From NCBI RefSeq assembly GCF_964204645.1, contig NC_134028.1, forward strand, positions 23,804,345 to 23,868,344: a stretch of DNA of 64,000 bases. The letters run 5' to 3'. This document shows, in pieces, positions 25,689-37,416 of the stretch (position 1 is its first letter; each line of letters begins with the position of its first letter). The notes beneath the pieces are model-generated. The model was not told the origin of the DNA and searched no databases. It was given only the letters and a program-made list of their open reading frames with translations. Both the position numbers and the translations under genes were made by a program. This DNA is from Tubulanus polymorphus. Its lineage: Eukaryota > Animalia > Nemertea.

Positions 25689-28600
25689 ATGAATATGGTA
25701 TTCAGCCGGTCCTCAACAGGGTTTGATAAAGCTTTAGGTAAGACTACGCCAGTGCCATATTCAATTTATTCTGTAACTCAGTGTATTTATCCTCCAACAA
25801 TCTTTCTTTCTTCCATTTCAAATTATTAACTAACAACTTAACTCAACTGTCTGGCTCTGCTGTCATTTACAGATAAAGCTACGAGTCAGCTGCTTCTAGA
25901 ACCAGATTGGGATTCGATACTTCAAATTTGCGATTCACTCAATCAGGATGATGTAACGTAAGAATTGAATTTATCAGCTGTTAAAAATCCCCGATGAAAC
26001 TTCTTCAAGGATATTTACTCCTGTTGAGTGCGTCTACACCGCAGCGCAGTGTATAAAAATTGGTCATTAACTTTTTGCTAGTACACCGCATCGTGGTGTA
26101 TTGATTAGTAGAGAGGTGGCAACATGGCGTGGTATAGACGCATTAGCAGTAGGCACTGTACCTTTTATTCAAACGCGCTGGTATGAAATTTTTTTAGAAT
26201 TTCCAAATTACTGTCAGGTATCAATAAGTCAGCAATGAAAGGGGTTAAACATTGCTGTCACTGATGATTGAAAAAACATTTCCCTTTTCAGACCGAAGTA
26301 TGCGGTTCAAGCTGTCAAGAGAAAGATCAATTCTGAAAATCCACACATCGCTCTGTACAGCCTGCAGGTCAGCTTGAAAAAAATCACACTGTCGATAGAT
26401 ATTGAATCCGTTTTGAAACAGAAGTTTTCAAATGAGATTTTCCATTAATTTCAGGTTCTAGAATCGATAGTGAAGAATTGTGGGCAGCCAATTCACAATG
26501 AAATCGGGACGAAGGAGTTTATGGAATTCATGAAAGATTTAGTGAAGGTGAATTGAAGATATTAGACGTAGAGGGAGAAGGAGACCGAGAGGAGGGGGAG
26601 GGAGACAGATAGGGAGGAGACAGAGGGGGGAGGGTGAGGGAGGAGGAGACCGAGAGGAGGGAGAGGAAGAGAGAGAGAGGAGGGAGAGGGAGAGGAGACA
26701 GAGGGGGGGGAGGGTGAGGATGCAGAGAGGGAGAAGGAGGCAGAGAGGAGGGGAGGGAGACAGAGGAGGGAGACAGAGTCGGTGAGGGAGAGGCAGAGCT
26801 AGACGGAGTTCATGAGGGAGAGAAAGAGACGGAGGAGGGAGAGGGAGACAGAGTCGGAGAGGGAGGAGACAGAGAGGAGGGAGAAGGAGAGGGAGAGGGA
26901 GCTGGGAGGAGAAAGTTATACTTATTTACTGATCATTCATATTTTCGGATTTGTCATTTTTAGGTCAGATCAGATCCAGTAAAAGGAAAGGTTTTGGAAC
27001 TAGTTCAAGTTTGGTCTCATGCTTTCCGCAACGATACAGCTTATCGTGCCGTGCAGGATACATTTCATGTGATGAAAATGGAAGGTTAATATTTTATCTA
27101 TATTAGAATTAAAATCCGTTAAAGAAAGATTCATCATTTATGTAAAAAAAAAACAATTTGCGCAATTTTTCAGGTTATCAGTTTCCGACGTTGAAAGAAT
27201 CGGATGCTATGTTCTCGGCTGAGAAAGCACCGGAATGGAAGGACGGTGAAGTTTGTCATCATTGTCGCGTTCAGTTCACAACGTTTCAGCGGAAGGTAAT
27301 AAAGTTTGACCTCAATCAATGGCGCAATTTGTGTTACCTAACAATAATGAGTTCTATAGATAACATACCGAGGATGACTTGTAATAGATAACATACCGAG
27401 GTAGTAAATATTGTTTTAATTTTGATGCAGCACCATTGTCGTAACTGCGGGCAGGTATTCTGCGGTAAATGCACCTCGAAATCTTCAATTATACCGAAAT
27501 TTGGAATCGAAAGAGAAGTTCGAGTTTGTGACACTTGTTTTGATGTCTTGAATAAGGGGTAAGTACAGTCTCATACGCGGCCTGTTGTTCGTATACTGTG
27601 TTCTCTTTTCGAAACCGGTATTTCTTTACACGCAGAGCCGCGGGAGGAGCGCCAGGAGCTGGTCCAGGATCTAAGAAAGGCTCGGAAGATGACCTTCCTA
27701 TCGAATACTTACAGAGTTCCCTAGCTCAACAGCCCCAGGTAGGGCAACCGGCCTCCAAGGTGAATCAGCTAAATGTAGTACATTCTGTTGTGAATATTGA
27801 TGGTGTCTGTAGTTAATTTTCCACATTCTAATATAGTGGACATTTATATATATTTGCTGTTTACACATTAATATTTTTCTGAATATCACTTAATTTCAAG
27901 CTTTGCATAGCGTAATCAGACCTTTACTTGATACCAAAGATTGTTCCACGTTAGATATAGCCTACATTAGTAAATGCAGTTAAGGGTGGACCCATTTCCA
28001 CAGTTGTGGAATAAGTTTGACTTGGATTAGTTCATTTCTAATTTCGAGTCAAATTCTAACTGACAACACTATGGAACTGGGTCTAGAATTACGCTGTGTC
28101 ACTATAATCTACATATTCATCCGTGTTAAATATATGCACTACATTTATAGGATTCATTTTAACCGTCTTTTTTTTCTGTCAGCTTAAAAGCTTTTCATTT
28201 TCATTTCCTACTATTTCTTGAATATCTTGCTTTTAAGTTTAACCGTTCATGAACAATTTTTCAATTAAATGAAGCATATTCTAATATATTTTGAAGTACT
28301 TATTAATCTATTTATTCATTTACCATATTTGGTGCCTTATTATACATTGCATAATAAGGCATGTATATATCGATTTTTTCTCCAGTTGACAAAACGACAA
28401 GTTCATGTTTGAAATAGTTCACACGACCTTTTTCGATATCTAATTTCATGTATGCAGCACACGTTATTAAAGTGTGGCTAACTTAACATTCATAAAACAT
28501 AAATGAAGATGATAAATTATGGGCCCTATTTAAAAAGGCCAGGTTAAACTCATTTTGATGTGGTAACCGAGTATTAATGTGTATTGCTTGATGAAAAGGT

Positions 28601-31600
28601 GCCAGCCCAAAAATCGGAACAAGAACTCCAAGAAGAGGAGGAGCTTCAGTTGGCATTAGCGCTGTCTAAAAGTGAAGCTGAAACTAAAGAAAAGGAGGTC
28701 AGTCGGTTTACAGTCCGTAGACTATTAACAATTCTATTTAATAATCGCCCAAACGATGGTTTGAATTTCTGTTTATAGAGGGAAAGATTACGTCAGAATT
28801 ATAGTCTGTATTCGGCATCACCGGAGAAGAATCGTTCTGTGTCTCCGGCTAGTGGTCAGTCATCTGTCAATACAACCGTAAGTCTCTCATCTGTACTCGG
28901 CGCTAAGTTTTATCATATCTGTGTCAATGATAACCACACAATCTGCTAGCCAAGACTCAACCAGGGTGGTCTGACTTGCTCTTTCCTTGACTATTCCCTG
29001 ACATGCACATTGTTTTCCCTGACTCGATTTGCTATGAATTCAATCATTTACGCCTAAGACGTAGTCAAATACGTACAACATGGACAAAAACTGTTTGATT
29101 TTATGTGCAATCTCGACAAATTTCCTGACTATTACCCGACTTATTTAAAGAAAAGATAAAATTGACTGACTTTTCCCTGATTTCCAGATAAGACGCCACC
29201 CTGTCAACTTGAGACAATATTTTGCTATATTGTTCATCTATTATAGAATATGACGCCAGCGTTTGATACAAGTGATATGGATCCGGAATTGGCGCGTTAC
29301 TTGAATCGTAATTACTGGGAAAATAAACGCGTTGAAGTGAAAAATGACACAACGGCCGCAGCGGTAATAGGAGCAGTGTCTGCTGCTACAGCTCCGAGCG
29401 CTCCAACGCAGAATTTAGAACCGAAAAATCGAACTCAAGAGGTGAGGGTTAATGTGAAGTTTATTGTAAAAAGTAGCAACTGAATATAAATAGTACTGAG
29501 GGTCAGCTGCTCAGATTTTGGCTAGTCAAAATATCATAGATCTGTGATAGTACTTTTTTTTAAATCTTCCCCTCAAATTGCAGTGATCATACCCTGAAAA
29601 CCCCCTAAAATGTCCATCAAATTTGAAATTGATAGTCCCTTAGGAACCCTGTAAGAGTAAACCAGTGGATAGTTGACATATTTAAAATTAAAATTTGCAT
29701 CAATACCGTGGAATTTTATCAAGGGCTGCAGTTGCTGAAAAGTTGGTTAGAATTAACCAGTGGATTGTTGACATGGTGACAATTAAAAGTTCATTGTTAC
29801 TACGATATTCATCTGCCGGTTATCTTTAACCACCCTTCGAGTCACTGCTGCCCCTGATCGTTAACCGAACTGATCCCAGATTTCATAAAATTCATATTTG
29901 ATAATAACGACTACGAAATTTTTGTTGATTCGACAGCAATACCAGAACGGTGAATCCGACGACCAGGAAGAGCCATTTTTGAACGCGTTGCGAAGCAGTA
30001 TCGAGATATTCGTGAATCGAATGAAGAGTAATTCGATGAGAGGACGAAGCATCGCGAACGATTCATCGGTTCAAACGTTGTTCATGACGATTAATACGAT
30101 GCATCCGCAGCTGCTGAAATACATGCAGGAACAAGAGGATGCAAGAGGTACGTGCGTAAACATAAACGTATAAATTCTTCTTGATTAACCCTTTCAATGC
30201 TAATTGATACCTGAAATGCTAGAGATTTTGAAATTTTTTGAAAAGTTCCATCCCAGTGTGTTGAAAAACAGGCATATCGCTATAGTGTGTCTACACCGCG
30301 GTGCGGTGTAATCGTTAGTTACTAATATTTCACTGTGTCTGTCTGAGTCGGTCATCTTTCATTAGATAAAAACTAATAACCAATTACATCAATACACTAT
30401 GATGTGGTGTACTAGCAAAGTCCATCACCGATTTATACACTGCAGCGCGATGTATATGCTCTAAAAAAGTTTAATAATTGTTTATTCTGTAATTATTTTT
30501 TTTTCATGAAAACCAGCACTGTGTACAGTGTATATTCAATAGTAAAACCAACTATGCGGAGATTTATTTATCAAGAATCAAAATCAAGATGATTTTTGAA
30601 AATTTCATTTTGCAGCTCACTACGAAGCGTTGCAGGATAAACTGGCGCAGTTGAAAGACGCGCGCGAAGCACTCGATTCACTACGAGATGACTATCGCGA
30701 GAAACAACGACGAGAAGAGGAAGAACGTGAACGAATCAGACAAATACAGATGAGACAAAAACTGGAAGTGATGAGACAGAAAAAACAGGTTCGTTTGAAT
30801 CATGAATCAAATATTCAGTCGTGAGGTTGCCTAAACCAGCCCCAAACCCGGGCCTGACATTACGCATCTGGGAATATATTGCCTTCTCTATTCGTTAATG
30901 TAGGAGTATCTGGAATACCAGCGACAGTTAGCTTTACAAAGAATGAGAGAAAATGAACTGGAGTTACAAACAAGACTCGAACAACAGAAACAGTTAACTC
31001 AAATTCGTCAAATGCAACAGTATCAGTATCCAGGAGCTCAGGTATGTTACGATGCTGTAAACTGATGTTCCCTCCTCTCTCACCCCCTCTCTGCTCCTCC
31101 CCTCTCTCTGTCTCTCTCTCTCTCTCTCTGCTTCTCTCCCTCTCAAACTTATATATCAAAACTGTGTTGTATTTTTCTCAGGGATACGGTATGCCGGGAT
31201 TCAGTCCTGGGGCAAGTGCCGAATGTTCCCCGATTCATCGCTACCAGCAACCGGGCCCGGGTATGCCGTACGGGCAACAACAACCTCCGCAACCGGGACA
31301 ACAGGTGATATATCCGCCGAACTACCAGGCTCCACCGGCTGCGATGACAACGGCTACTACTACGACATACCAGGTACCGGCACCTGGTGGCTATCAACAG
31401 ATGCAAGCTACTGGACAGTTTCAACAAGGCCAACAGATGGCTCCGCCTAGCGGTCAGCCTCCGCAGGGATATATGAATCAAGTTGATTATCAATCCTTCA
31501 ACATGCAGAGTAAGTGAAAACTGATCGATTATATTCGGCAATATTTCAATTGAATCGGAATATTCTTATGTTCTCATTCGTTCTGTTGTCAGGTATGGCA

Positions 31601-31768
31601 AACGCATTACCACAGCAACAACAGCCACAGCAACAACAACAACAGCAGCCGGGACCTGTCTCACAACACGGCCAATACATGGTCGCACCGCCGGGTCAGG
31701 TACAGTACGGACAGCAGCAGCAGCAGCCTCCGCAGCCAACTGATGCTGAATTGATTTCATTCGATTGA
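25689..31768 (+). CDS. HGS: Hepatocyte growth factor-regulated tyrosine kinase substrate (Hrs/Vps27, ESCRT-0), ~16 exons
   Basis: VHS ([22 protein letters not shown]), FYVE ([25 protein letters not shown]), UIM ([13 protein letters not shown]), [18 protein letters not shown] motif, coiled coil, Q/P-rich tail, terminal clathrin box LISFD*. Confidence 0.97.
26025..26248 (-). mobile_element. TTAA-flanked (piggyBac-like end) MITE in HGS intron 2
   Basis: Ends GCAATGAAAGGGG|TTAA; reverse complement aligns with 30185-30474. Confidence 0.65.
26570..26913. repeat. Polypurine (GA-rich) low-complexity tract in an HGS intron
   Basis: ~340 bp of GGAGA/GAGGG-type units, almost entirely G/A. Confidence 0.9.
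28371..28448 (-). pseudogene. 78-bp copy of part of the LIPT1 last coding exon (35466-35543) inside an HGS intron
   Basis: Direct comparison: 75/78 identical by eye. Confidence 0.9.
28962..29203 (+). mobile_element. MITE with CAGGGTGG...CCACCCTG termini in an HGS intron
   Basis: 8-bp perfect TIR; internal homology to 9797-10056. Confidence 0.75.
30185..30474 (+). mobile_element. TTAA-flanked (piggyBac-like end) MITE in an HGS intron
   Basis: TTAA|CCCTTTCAATGCT... to degenerate AAAAAAGT|TTAA; inverted relative to 26025-26248. Confidence 0.65.
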
Positions 31769-31832
31769 AGCTTATTCATTATTCATGATTTTGTGTGTAT
31801 AGATAATTGTTCAACTAATATCAATCAATAAC

Positions 31833-31972
31833 AATTATTCAGCTAAGATATAAATTTCTTGAGTAAAAGTTGGATATATTTGAGCAACGTTTCAGCTAAA
31901 GACTATCAGTCATCATCAGACATGCGGATAAACCTTTTAACTCAAGAATTTTATAGGTTTTGCTGAATAATT
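31833..31972 (-). repeat. Small hairpin element with a hammerhead-like core, HGS 3'UTR region
   Basis: Arms AATTATTCAGC..TTCTTGAGTAAAAG / CTTTTAACTCAAGAA..GCTGAATAATT; centre on minus strand CTGATGA-TGACT..AGCT-GAAAC. Confidence 0.6.
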
Positions 31973-32961
31973 TTTTTCGATTCTTGTATCTTCTCGACTA
32001 CTCAAATGTTAACTTAAATGTTTATAAATATGTAAAATATATTATCATAAATACGCCGGATTTGCATCGAGAAAGGTTTTGGATTGGGAACCACTCGGAA
32101 ATACCAGGTAGTTGAATTATGAGATTGTAAGTTATTGCAATTAAACAGGAATTTCCTCGGAATCTTGTGTCTTTCCAATTTGATATCTCAAAGTTATGAC
32201 AAAAAATGGTCTAGATGCTGAACCGAGTCCTGTTTCACAAAAACAGCAGAACTTTAGAGGTCATTATTGTTTTAGGTAAGTTTCTTTCTTAAAGAACTGA
32301 ATATGAAAAGGAAACTCGTAAGGAGGGGGCCTTTTGTCCAATTATTACTGAATGTATTTACTGTAGTGCATTATATTGAATCTATACCAACTTTTCCGCG
32401 CTGGGCTGACGAGTTGTCAATGTTTAACGCTGTGTATTTCCATACTCGCAGACGTGTTGTTTCTAGTCTATTCAATATAATGTGACAACTGATACTAAAA
32501 CAACCATCGCAAACTGTTGTTCCTTTATTCGTTTTCGAATCACGTAAATATCTCGTGTTTAGATTTTATAACGCTAATGAATAAATATGCTATGAACTTG
32601 TTTTAGTGTATGAAGATCTCTATTGTCTTTTTTGTGTGTCCGTTCAAGAACCAAAAACCGTTTTTCTTCGCAGTTCTCTCAAATACGTGCAGGACTTGAA
32701 GTGGATTTTTTTTTCGAATTTTGGAATCAAAACTGATACAAACATTACGGAACAACTAATAGGAAACATGAATGAATATTGATATCAAACAGTGTTTATT
32801 ATGTATATGTGTTTTTTTTAAGCCCAATACCTTGTATATACTTGAAACAATATCAAGACATCTTTAACATAAAAGAGATTACCACCGGGTACTTAATACT
32901 AGTGTATAGGTCATCTAATAAACAAACTAGCTCATCATAATCCTCATATGGTCTAATAGTT

Positions 32962-35110
32962 TTAGTCCTTCTTGAATATGAGAGTATGGTTATTAGCCGG
33001 CATTCCAATCTGTAAAAACAGCAAAAACATATCATGCGAGTGATTTCTCGAATCATTACGGGGTATGATTGAAACACACTTACAGTTTTTATCAAAGAAA
33101 GACCGTTTTCTTTGGCTAGAATCTCGAGATCGTCTACGTCCCTCACGCCCCATTGATTGCATCTGAAATTGAATGAATACGGTATGGTGTGTTTTTCTAC
33201 CACAGGATCAGTCATTCCTGGATATCGGGAGTTTTAAAGGAAATGTTTTAAATTTTGAGGAAGAATCTGCATCAATTCCTGATTACTGTACTAGACTCCT
33301 CCTAAATTGATGCTGCTTATCTCAACTAACCATTAATTCAGTGGTTTTGTAAGCAAATTATCATTGTTTACTTTCAGTTTCTAATTCGGTAATCACTTCA
33401 TTAGATAAAAACAAATCCTGGTCCCAACTGTATCATTTTTGGCTTAGTCTACTGTACAACTACTTTTATGACCTGGTATACAAAAATTTTAATCGCCTAT
33501 TCCTCAAAATTGAAGGCGTTTTAAAGGAGTTTTGGGCGTTTTGTTCAAATTGAAGGAGTTTCAAGCACTTACAATTAAAGGCATTTTTTCTTTTGAAGGA
33601 GTCTTTAAGGAATTGATTGAGTAGTTGTTGGGAGTAGGGACCCTGAACCATTATTTTATTGTTCTTGTAAGGTTTCACTAGTTATACAATTAGCAACTTA
33701 TTTCACAGTAACAAATACATAATCAATTCTCAATTCTTTACCTGGCCCTAAGATTTCGGTCAAAATTCACATTGCTTTCTGGCGTAAGAACACCATGGAA
33801 TTTGTAAGGCTGAAAAGAGAGAATACATGATGAAAATTTAAGGACAGAATTTAATTAATCTTCTTATTCTTCTAACACTATGTACACAGGTACTTACCCC
33901 ATAGGTAAATAGTAAGCCTTCACTCTTCAATAAAACTCCAGCTCCTCTGAACAGTCCCTAAAATTGATCCGGACAAGAAGTGGTAAGCGCTACATATTTT
34001 CAGGATAAGTAAATTTATGAAAAACGTATACAGGATCCAGTTTTTAGTTTGACAAGGTAAAATTAGTTAATTTCCGATGTTTTAAATTTCTTGAGTCAGA
34101 ATTTAGCATTTGGATCCTGAGATACAAACCATTGCAGCATTCCATGGGGCGATGTGAATCATATTAATATTCAAGATGATATCAAATGATTTCGGTTGAA
34201 ATTCACCCTTCCCCCATTCACTGACCGGAGCAGCAGCGTCTACGCTTAGTGGTAGTTTAACAGACTTGGAATTCAAAGCAGCAACATAACCACATGTACT
34301 GAAAAAACACATGGTAATCCTCGTAAAAAGATGAATATGAAAGGGCACTACAATGAGAAAATCAATCAGACTGATAATAGCAGTCTACAACCATTGATAA
34401 ACAATTTGTGTTGTTAGGATAATATGAAATCCCACTCTCAAAAGAGTCCTAAGGTTTCCTTTACCGAATGAATTACCTTCATTGTATTCCTGAAGATGAC
34501 TATATGGCATAGTCGAAGCATATAATATTCATTAACCTTTTAGGAGTCTTTTCTTTTTCAGTGTGAGATTTTGTTAGCGGTAGTTGTTAATGGAACTCGC
34601 TCATTGTTCTTAGCGTACATTTCAACAGCTAAATAAGCTCTCTGATAAAATCTATTCATACCTCTCCATAGATTCCTGGTCATATTCCGTTGGTTGCCAA
34701 ACTACATTTGGAAAATGGGGGGCAAAATGAACTACATGTTGACCAGTTCCTGAATATAGATAAGACGTTTATGTCAAACTCAATTAGTTCACACGCTCTA
34801 CTATTGTGTCCAAAATACAGTTTTGATGACAGCATATATTGATTTGTACCTGAAGCTATTTCTAACGCATTGTATTTTTCATCTTGCTTTATATGTTGCA
34901 GTAAAACTTCCAGTATCGGTTGTTTGTTTCTCTCGGCTGCTGGAGATCTGGCTACCATCACCCGAGACATTTTCAACTGAAAAATTTACAATGTCAGCAA
35001 TGTGGACTTCAGTCGTACAGATAAGCTTGCTCTCAATGTTTGAATAAGAAAACAAATACCTTTACAAAATCAATTAACCAGGGTAAAAATGTCAGTCTGC
35101 GTCCACTCAT
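32962..35110 (-). CDS. METTL26: Methyltransferase-like 26 (DUF938)
   Basis: SPAAERNKQPILEVL, LEIASGTGQH, WQPTE, NINMIHIAPW, LLFTYGPY, TPESNVNFD, WGVRD, MPANN..LIF. Conserved start at 34970; an in-frame upstream exon (35122-35060) supplies an alternative ATG at 35110. Confidence 0.92.
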
Positions 35111-35289
35111 GAACCTCAGAACCTGCATAAATTGAGGAAATAATAAGTGTAAAGATTAAGTACCAGGAATTTTCTTCAGGTCACCATATCATTTATCAGT
35201 CAAAGGCCAGGGGATCCACTTGTGAAATGAAGGCAACAACAACAAGAACACTCCTTCCAAACAAACGCAACATAAGATCCACATACACT

Positions 35290-37416
35290 TCAATAAATCA
35301 GTTCTCTTTTTATTCTGAGCATCAATTCTTGTACAAATTTATCATATAAATCTCTATTATATTGACTAGTGCTGGGTTTCAGTTTATCAACATTATAACA
35401 TTCATTAAATCCTTTATCCGATAATTCCATTCCGACGAGAAACGGTTTTAAGGGACTCTGATCACCGATTTTTTCTCCAGTTGACAAAACCACAAGTTCA
35501 TGTTCGAAATAGTTCACACGACCTTTTTCGATATCCAATTTCACGTTGAATACCGCATTCATCGAGTTATTTAGAACAGTAGGAAAACTCCAATCAACCG
35601 TAAATTTAGGAGTCTTCGCAAATATCCACTTCCAACTGCTAAGATTGTCTTCGATGTTTTTCAGGCCCACAAATTTTCCTTCATCAGGATTTATGCGGTG
35701 AATATCTTTCTCCTGAAAAATCATTAGAAAAGAAGATTCTTTTAAACTGCAAGTGTGCAGAAGCTAGTTGCATATATGTGACTTCGATTTATGACAAGTC
35801 TAAAACCATCGAAGTTCTATAGTCAATCTAACAACGTTAGACTTAGGATTTTTGGCAACTTTTGGACTTAAGTCACGACTGTCTTAGGGTGGCCACTCTC
35901 TGGCCATTTAAATATCCCTTGAGTTTCCTTTAATTTTTTCTATGTGATTCAACAGAATTCCATGAAATTTCTAGGTTTAAAATGTTACAATTCATTCATC
36001 ACGTATTGACAAAGTAATGTGGTCATTCAATAGCATCATCCGAATTCCCTGAGTTTCCAAGGTTTTTTGAAAATTTGTCAAATTCCCAGGTCAGTGGCGC
36101 TACCCTGTCACTGAGCCCTGGGTTCTATACCATGCAACTGGGCTCAGAATAGCCTATTTATTTTGTTTTCCATATCTGAACTGTGAAACTTACAGATAAG
36201 GAATTGTGTGCTATGTATCGTTGGCTTATAGTTGATGTCAGGTCTTTGAATGTAATTCTTGGTTCAACATCGGATAAAAGTTTGACTTTTGACGAAATAC
36301 TGGCAGTCGCGTTACTCAAAATATCAGTCTGAAATATAAAAATAAGATTGTTCTATTACTTGTATTCCCATTTCATCTCTAGTGTCTTGTTATACATTTG
36401 GAGGAACTACATACTTTTTTCAGGGTTAAGACATTAGTCAAATTATGAATATTTGCATTGAACAGCAGTGTGCAATGATGATATGCGATCTTCGGGCCAA
36501 GTTTACTGGCACTACCTGATATCTGGAGACAGACCGGGTTAAGAAAACAATTTCAATAATTTCAGATAACCATGTCAATACATCTCAGGGGTATATTCAG
36601 GGTCAAGGAAAGGGAGGCGTCCATTTAAGAAATATAGGGCCTTTTTCTAACCTTCGCTGTCCATGAACACAATGATTTTTTAGATCTTGTTCAAATGGTA
36701 AAACAGCAAATTATTGCCACAACAGTTTTTAATATTTTTCAGTTTTTCAACCTAAATTTTGATCTTTCTTCAGATAATATTCAGTCCAGAATATTTGAGG
36801 ATAGATTTTCTAAGGAATCTCTAAGGAATTTTTAAGGGGGGATTGCTGGATCTGCTGCTGTCAGTTGCTGCTATTCTAGCAAAAATGCATTATCAAAGGA
36901 TACTTTACTATCACCATCTAACAGTATATCATCACGACCTGAAATGGAAACATTCAAGTTCCATTTCTCCTTCAAAGCGTCTACGATCAGCTTCAAATTC
37001 GCTTTCTTATCATAACTTTGACGCGGCGTCAAAAACGTACAATTCAGATTTCCGAGATCGTGATAGACCGCCCCACCCCCGCTCTGACGACGAGCGATAC
37101 TGATATTATTCCATCTCGCAAAATTCAAATCGCATTCGACCCACGGATTTTGATGTCGGCCGATCACGACGCAGGGTTTGTTTCGCCATAATAACAGTAC
37201 GTTATCTTCACTCAGTGAATTCTCGTAAAGCCAATGTTCAATCGCTAAATTTGCGAAAACGTTTGTCGACTCAAAAATGAATACCTTGTGCCTCTTTGGC
37301 TTAGCGTTCGCAGCAGTTTGCGATTCAGCAGTAATTGTCGAAGTCAATCGTTTAAAAAACCAGCAAAATTTACTAACTTTCGTTATAAATTTTCTATTAG
37401 TGTTCATAAAATTCAT
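35290..37416 (-). CDS. LIPT1: Lipoyltransferase 1, mitochondrial, 4 coding exons
   Basis: Basic N-terminal presequence; NLAIEHWL, LLWRNKPCVVIGRHQNPWVEC, RRQSGGGAVYHDLGNLN, K|ISGSASKL..AYHHCTLL, SNATASISS, SWKWIFAKTPKF. Exons ~37416-36904, 36522-36414, 36328-36193, 35712-35290. Confidence 0.95.
35758..36147. mobile_element. Nested MITEs in LIPT1 intron 3: AGGGTGGCC...TACCCTG element (~35886-36106) within a Harbinger-like MITE
   Basis: Outer left end CAGAAGCTAGTTGCA..GACTTAAGTCACGACT and right end ATGCAACTGGGCTCAG match the 24377 family; the inner element has TTCCCTGAG repeats of the 9797/28962 family. Confidence 0.55.
36523..36903 (-). other. U12-type (minor spliceosome) GT-AG intron in LIPT1
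   Basis: 5' site GTATCCTTTG; branch TTCTTAAC at 36545-36538, ~16 nt from the AG; removal joins DGDSK|ISGSA in frame. Confidence 0.85.

Noticed and set aside
35123-35163. GTAC donor at 35163 paired with the acceptor at 35123
   Set aside because: It would give a 41-nt intron, well below the ~70-nt minimum seen elsewhere in the window; the 35286 donor is more plausible.
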